Shown here: one piece after another, positions 48,626-52,970 of the stretch | How positions within the stretch are numbered: position 1 is the stretch's first letter | Layout of the letters: each line of letters starts with the position of its first letter | Assembly: GCA_044224875.1 (NCBI GenBank) | Contig: JBGAJQ010000036.1 | Span: 1-52,970, forward strand | DNA from: Gemmatimonadaceae bacterium | GTDB taxonomy: Bacteria > Gemmatimonadota > Gemmatimonadetes > Gemmatimonadales > Gemmatimonadaceae | Direction of reading: 5' to 3' | DNA length: 52,970 nt | Translations under genes and position numbers: made by a program | The notes under the pieces: model-generated | What the model was told of the DNA's origin: nothing | Databases searched by the model: none | Seen by the model: only the letters and a program-made list of their open reading frames with translations

Positions 48626-49417
48626 TCAGGCGAGGGTATCGGGTCGAAGATCTTCAGGGCGCGCGGCGCCGGTCATCACCGCCACGGCGTCTTGCATGGT
48701 GGCGACCTTCGGGTTCAACACGGCGATGCGCCGCCCCAGACGCGCGACGTGAATACGGTCGGCGAGTTCAAACACGTGGGGCATGTTGTGCGAAATCAGC
48801 ACGACGGACAGTCCACGGTCGCGCACCCGGCGAATGAGGTCGAGCACCATGCCCCCTTCCTTCACGCCGAGCGCCGCCGTCGGTTCATCCATGATGACCA
48901 CATGCCGGGCAAACGCAGCGCTCCGCGCCACGGCCACGCCTTGGCGCTGGCCGCCGGATAACGTCTCCACCGCTTGTGTCATGGATCGAATCCCGATCTG
49001 GAGCTCGTTCATGAACTGCTGGCTCTCTCGCAACATGCGCGGTTTGTCCAACATGCGGAGCAGCGTCCCGAGCACTCCCGGACGGCGAATCTCGCGACCG
49101 AGGAACAGGTTCTCGGCGATCGTCAGCGCCGGCGCCACGGCAAGGTCCTGATAGACCGTCTCGATCCCGTGTCGCCGGGCATCCAACGGTCGCCGGAGAT
49201 GCACCTGACGGCCGTCGACGAAGAGCTCGCCGGCATCCGGGATCACGGCGCCCGAGAGCGCCTTGATGAGGGAAGACTTGCCGGCGCCGTTGTCCCCGAT
49301 CACGGCGAGGATCTCGCCCGCCCGCAGGTCGAAGTCCATGCCGTCCAGCGCCGTCACGTGCCCGTAGCGCTTCACGAGTCGGTTGGCCTGCAGCACCGAG
49401 CGCCCGGCCTCCGTCAT
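48626..49417 (-). CDS. frcA: Sugar (fructose-type) ABC transporter ATP-binding protein
   Basis: GDNGAGKS, GIETVYQDLAV, LSGGQRQGVAVAR and MDEPTAALGVKE motifs. Confidence 0.85.
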   Translation of the reverse strand: MTEAGRSVLQANRLVKRYGHVTALDGMDFDLRAGEILAVIGDNGAGKSSLIKALSGAVIPDAGELFVDGRQVHLRRPLDARRHGIETVYQDLAVAPALTIAENLFLGREIRRPGVLGTLLRMLDKPRMLRESQQFMNELQIGIRSMTQAVETLSGGQRQGVAVARSAAFARHVVIMDEPTAALGVKEGGMVLDLIRRVRDRGLSVVLISHNMPHVFELADRIHVARLGRRIAVLNPKVATMQDAVAVMTGAARPEDLRPDTLA

Positions 49418-50397
49418 CGCGCCCCCAGGTTCAGTGAGCGCCGCGACAGCTGATCGGTCGCCACCGCCAGGATCACCAGCACGCCCGTCACCAGGATCTG
49501 GTAGACGGAGGTGACACCCATGAGCGTCAGGCCATTTCGAAAGACGCCGACAATCAGGGCGCCCACCAAGGTGCCGAGGACCACGCCGCGGCCGCCAAAG
49601 AGGCTGGTACCGCCTAACACCACGGCCGTGATGGCATCCAGGTTCTCGGTTTGCCCGGCGTTCGGATCGCCCACGCCGGTGCGCGCGATGCTGAGCAGCG
49701 CAGCAATGCCATACAGCACGCCGGCCATCGCCCACACACCAATGAGCACCCGATCGGTGGCGATCCCCGTCAGCCGCGTGGCCTCGGCGTTGTTGCCGAT
49801 CGCGTACACGTGACGTCCGGCGGCTGTCTCCCTGAGGATGAACCAAGCCAGCAGGTACAACGCGAGCATGAGAACGACGCCGTAGACGACCGGAGTCGAA
49901 CCCACCTGGAAGGTGGCGCCGAGTACCGCCAGCGACTCCGGCAAATCGGAGATGGTCTGCGCATCGGACGCCAGCTGCGTGATGGCGAACGCGATATTGA
50001 GCGTGCCTAACGTCACGATGAACGGTGGCAGCTTGACGCGCGTGACCAGCAGGCCGTTCACCAAGCCAAAGGCCGTGGTGACGCCGACACCGGCCAGTAC
50101 GGCCGTGCTTACCGGCACTCCGGACGAGCTGGCCAACTTCGCCATGACAATGCTGCCCAGCGCCATCACCATGCCACACGATAGGTCGACCCCGGCCGTG
50201 AGAATCACCAGTGTCTGGCCGATGGCCAACACACCCACGACCATCACCTGCTGCAAGACGAGTGAGAGGTTTTCACCGGTCAGGAAGCGATCGGATCGCG
50301 TGGCAAAAAACGCCGCCGCCACCAGTAGGGCGATCACGGGACCGAACACCCCGAGCGACGGGAGGCGCGCCCGCCAGGAACGCCCGGAGGCGCTCAC
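49414..50397 (-). CDS. frcC: Sugar (fructose-type) ABC transporter permease
   Basis: GQTLVILTAGVDLSCG, GDPNAGQTENLDAITAVVLGGTSLFGGRG motifs. Confidence 0.85.
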   Translation of the reverse strand: MSASGRSWRARLPSLGVFGPVIALLVAAAFFATRSDRFLTGENLSLVLQQVMVVGVLAIGQTLVILTAGVDLSCGMVMALGSIVMAKLASSSGVPVSTAVLAGVGVTTAFGLVNGLLVTRVKLPPFIVTLGTLNIAFAITQLASDAQTISDLPESLAVLGATFQVGSTPVVYGVVLMLALYLLAWFILRETAAGRHVYAIGNNAEATRLTGIATDRVLIGVWAMAGVLYGIAALLSIARTGVGDPNAGQTENLDAITAVVLGGTSLFGGRGVVLGTLVGALIVGVFRNGLTLMGVTSVYQILVTGVLVILAVATDQLSRRSLNLGAR

Positions 50398-51402
50398 TTA
50401 CTTCTTCCCGAAGCAGGACTCGAGGCCGGCCTTGACGTCCTTGCTCTCGAGCCCCGGGAGGGGCTTGGCGGAAACGAGCGCGACCCCTGTGTCCGTGAAA
50501 CCACTGGGTTTCTTGCCGGTGCGGATGAACGTCATGGCAGCTGCAACACCCAACTCGGCCATCTTCACGGGATACTGCTGCGCCGTGGCCGCGATCGCGC
50601 CAGCTCCGACGTCGCGCACACCCTGACAGCCCCCATCCACCGAGACGAGGATCACGTTCTTGTCCTTCCCAGCCGCCTTGAGCGCCTTGGCCGCGCCCGC
50701 GGCCGTGGGCTCATTGATCGTGTACACGACGTTCACGTCCGGGCTCTTCTGCAGGCAGTTCTCCATCGCCGCCTGCCCCTTGGACTGGTCACCAAACCCA
50801 TCGGCCATGCAAACGACGCCCGCCGGCTTACCGAGTGTGTTCACCTTGGCATCGGGTGCCGGCAGCCCGAACCCCTTCAGGAATCCGTTGTGCCGCTGGG
50901 CGCCAACCGGATGGCCGGGCATCAGGTCGATCATCACGATCTTCGCCGGCTTGCCAGCGAGTGCCGCCTTGGCATAGCGGCCAATCAGCACGCCGGCCTG
51001 ATAATTGTCCGTGGCAAAGAGGGCGTCCGTTGCATCTGGCGGATCGGTGGGGGAGTCAAGGGCGATGACGAGGATCCCCTTGGCCCGTGCCTTCTTGATC
51101 GCGGGCAGGATGGCCTTGGCATTGCTGGGCGTGATGAGGATGGCTCGCGCCCCGGCGGCGATCATGTTTTCGATGGCCGTCACCTGTCCGGCGTTGTCAC
51201 CATCGCTCTTGCCGGCTGCCGTCACGAGCATGGCGCCGGTCGTCTTGGCCGCTGCCGCCGCCCCTTCCCGCATCTTCACGAAAAACGGATTGCTCTCCGT
51301 CTTGGTGATGAGTGCGACGATCGGTACACCTTGTGCCTGACTCGATCCCACCGCGACGCTGCCCAGCAGCAACGCGCCAACAACGGTCGTACGAATGGAC
51401 AT
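50398..51402 (-). CDS. frcB: Sugar (fructose-type) ABC transporter substrate-binding protein
   Basis: LITKTESNPFFVKMREGA, YTINEP, SVDGGC and QQYP.KMA motifs, matching the FrcB pattern. Confidence 0.85.
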   Translation of the reverse strand: MSIRTTVVGALLLGSVAVGSSQAQGVPIVALITKTESNPFFVKMREGAAAAAKTTGAMLVTAAGKSDGDNAGQVTAIENMIAAGARAILITPSNAKAILPAIKKARAKGILVIALDSPTDPPDATDALFATDNYQAGVLIGRYAKAALAGKPAKIVMIDLMPGHPVGAQRHNGFLKGFGLPAPDAKVNTLGKPAGVVCMADGFGDQSKGQAAMENCLQKSPDVNVVYTINEPTAAGAAKALKAAGKDKNVILVSVDGGCQGVRDVGAGAIAATAQQYPVKMAELGVAAAMTFIRTGKKPSGFTDTGVALVSAKPLPGLESKDVKAGLESCFGKK

Positions 51403-51415
51403 GTGCGTGCGTTAC

Positions 51416-52030
51416 TCAGGCATGACCGGCCCAGATCGTCTCCCCCTTCGTATACGGGACGCAGGGGTCAAAACGACCAGGAGTCTCGCGATACCTCATC
51501 GCTTGCGTCATGCCGATCTCCGACGTGAAGTAGCCGAGCAGAGTGAGCTCCTTCATCATGCGGAAGTAGTGGTTGGGATCGTCTTCCTTCTTGGCATCCT
51601 GATACGTCTTCTGTTCCTTGTCGAGGCCCTCGAGCAGTGCCAGTCGCTGTTCAGGCGTCGCCTTGACGAACGACGTCTTGTGAGCCGCCTGGCACACGTC
51701 ATCGAGCGCTTTCATGCCGTCGCGGAAGATCTTCTGGTCCTTCTCGTCGTAACAGTCGGTGACCATCACGGTCATGAACGATCCCACCATGGCGGCCTTG
51801 GCCCCCGGGGTCTTGGTGGCGGGAAGGATCGTCTCGGCCACCTCGTCCAGGAACCCGACATCGGCATCGGTGAAGGTGCCCGCCGGCTTCGCTCCGGGCT
51901 TCCGCTCGGTTTGGCAAGCCTGGACGATCGCCGAACCGCCAATGAGGGCTGCACTGCCTAACAAGGCGCTGACACGACGGATCGCCTCACGCCGGTCCAT
52001 GCCAGTGAGCTGTTCGGTCGGTGGAGTCAT
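51416..52030 (-). CDS. Gluconate-2-dehydrogenase subunit-3 family (Tat carrier subunit for the GMC enzyme)
   Basis: DRREAI Tat motif; ETILP.T.TPGA and KELTLLGYFTSEIG motifs. Confidence 0.9.
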   Translation of the reverse strand: MTPPTEQLTGMDRREAIRRVSALLGSAALIGGSAIVQACQTERKPGAKPAGTFTDADVGFLDEVAETILPATKTPGAKAAMVGSFMTVMVTDCYDEKDQKIFRDGMKALDDVCQAAHKTSFVKATPEQRLALLEGLDKEQKTYQDAKKEDDPNHYFRMMKELTLLGYFTSEIGMTQAMRYRETPGRFDPCVPYTKGETIWAGHA

Positions 52031-52076
52031 TGCTGTACCCAAGGGTGAACGCGTTGAAGCTGCGAAGGGCGCCGAG

Positions 52077-52970
52077 CTACAGGTTGTGCCGGTTCAGTTC
52101 GCCGACCGCGTGGTCCACGGCCCGCGCGGTGAGCGCCATGTACGTGAGCGAGGGATTCTGGCAAGCGGCCGATACCATGCACGATCCGTCGGTCACGAAA
52201 ACGTTAGGCGCATCCCACACCTGATTCCATTTGTTGAGCACGGACACCTTGGGGTCCTTCCCCATGCGGGCCGTTCCCATCTCATGGATCCCCATGCCAG
52301 GGAAGTACTCGTTGTCGTACGTGTCGACGTCTTTTGCCCCACAGGCCGTCAGCATCTCGGCCATGTCGTTGATCATGTCCTTGCGCATCTTGGCTTCGTT
52401 TTCGCCGGTCGCGCAGTCGATCCGCAGGACGGGAAGGCCCCACTTGTCCTTCTTGGTGTCGTCCATCGACACACGATTGGCGTCGTTGGGAAGCATTTCA
52501 CCAAAGGCTGTCGCCCCGATGGACCACTGGCCTGGCTGCGCCATGGCGTCCTTGAACGCGCCGCCAATTCCCAGTTCGGCCACCGCTCGAGACCATCCCT
52601 CGCGGCTGGCGCTGCCCTGATACCCGAATCCGCGCACGTACTCGCGCTTGTCGCCAAACAGGTTGCGGTATCGCGGGATGTAGAAGCCCGTCGGACGGCG
52701 ACCGTAGATGTACTTGTCTTCCATCCCCTCGAGCTTGCCCGACGCCCCGCAACGGAAGTGGTGGTCCATGAGGTTGTGGCCCAGCACGCCGGAGCTGGAG
52801 CCCAGTCCACCAGGCCATACGTCCGTCGCGGAGCGCATGAGCAACCAGGTAGAGTTCAACGTGGACGCACAGAGGAACACCACCTTCGCCTTGTAGTCCG
52901 TTGTCTGGTTCGACACGGCATCCAGGACACGCACGCCGCTCGCCCGCTTGGCGTCCTTGTCGTAGATGAC
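52077..52970 (-). CDS. GMC-family FAD oxidoreductase (glycoside 3-dehydrogenase-like), 5' part outside the window
   Basis: LGHNLMDH, GIHEMGTARMG and CQNPSLTYMALTARA motifs; frame is open to the window edge. Confidence 0.92.
   Translation of the reverse strand, partial: VIYDKDAKRASGVRVLDAVSNQTTDYKAKVVFLCASTLNSTWLLMRSATDVWPGGLGSSSGVLGHNLMDHHFRCGASGKLEGMEDKYIYGRRPTGFYIPRYRNLFGDKREYVRGFGYQGSASREGWSRAVAELGIGGAFKDAMAQPGQWSIGATAFGEMLPNDANRVSMDDTKKDKWGLPVLRIDCATGENEAKMRKDMINDMAEMLTACGAKDVDTYDNEYFPGMGIHEMGTARMGKDPKVSVLNKWNQVWDAPNVFVTDGSCMVSAACQNPSLTYMALTARAVDHAVGELNRHNL

Noticed and set aside
47216..48961. 581-aa plus-strand ORF and other long antisense ORFs (20008-21210, 21975-23438, 29312-30922, 41338-42726)
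   Set aside because: They lie antisense to well-supported genes. This is expected from high GC at third codon positions, and they have no recognisable motifs.

Overview
GC-rich bacterial chromosomal segment with about 36 genes. I found no rRNA, tRNA, CRISPR array or mobile element. The 'AERFLQEIRIAARLTHPHIL'-type Ser/Thr kinase-TPR protein and the duplicated MacB/FtsX orphan permease suggest Gemmatimonadota (inference). The window opens inside a very large multiheme c-type cytochrome gene (at least 29 CxxCH motifs, built from 73-aa three-heme repeats). It is followed 2 nt later by a predicted outer-membrane beta-barrel, making a candidate porin-cytochrome electron conduit, the most striking element here. 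Next come a kinase, a Tat-lipoprotein intradiol dioxygenase-like gene, an NHL/PAL-like protein, and a porin-sbp-cysTWA sulfate uptake operon divergent from a GAF-AAA+-Fis activator with a candidate sigma54 promoter and enhancer sites. Further on are an IorAB-like molybdoenzyme, a PQQ dehydrogenase, an M28 peptidase, a HupE/UreJ + cytochrome c pair, a second PAL-like protein, a GNAT and a frameshifted VPS10/BNR glycosyl-hydrolase-like gene. The rest holds an amide/amino-acid catabolic cassette, an ADOP permease, an S45 acylase, Tat-exported PLP and DsrE-like proteins, a serine hydrolase, and a GMC oxidoreductase-frcBCA-GH13 sugar operon that runs off the right end. All calls come from motif reading without database searches.
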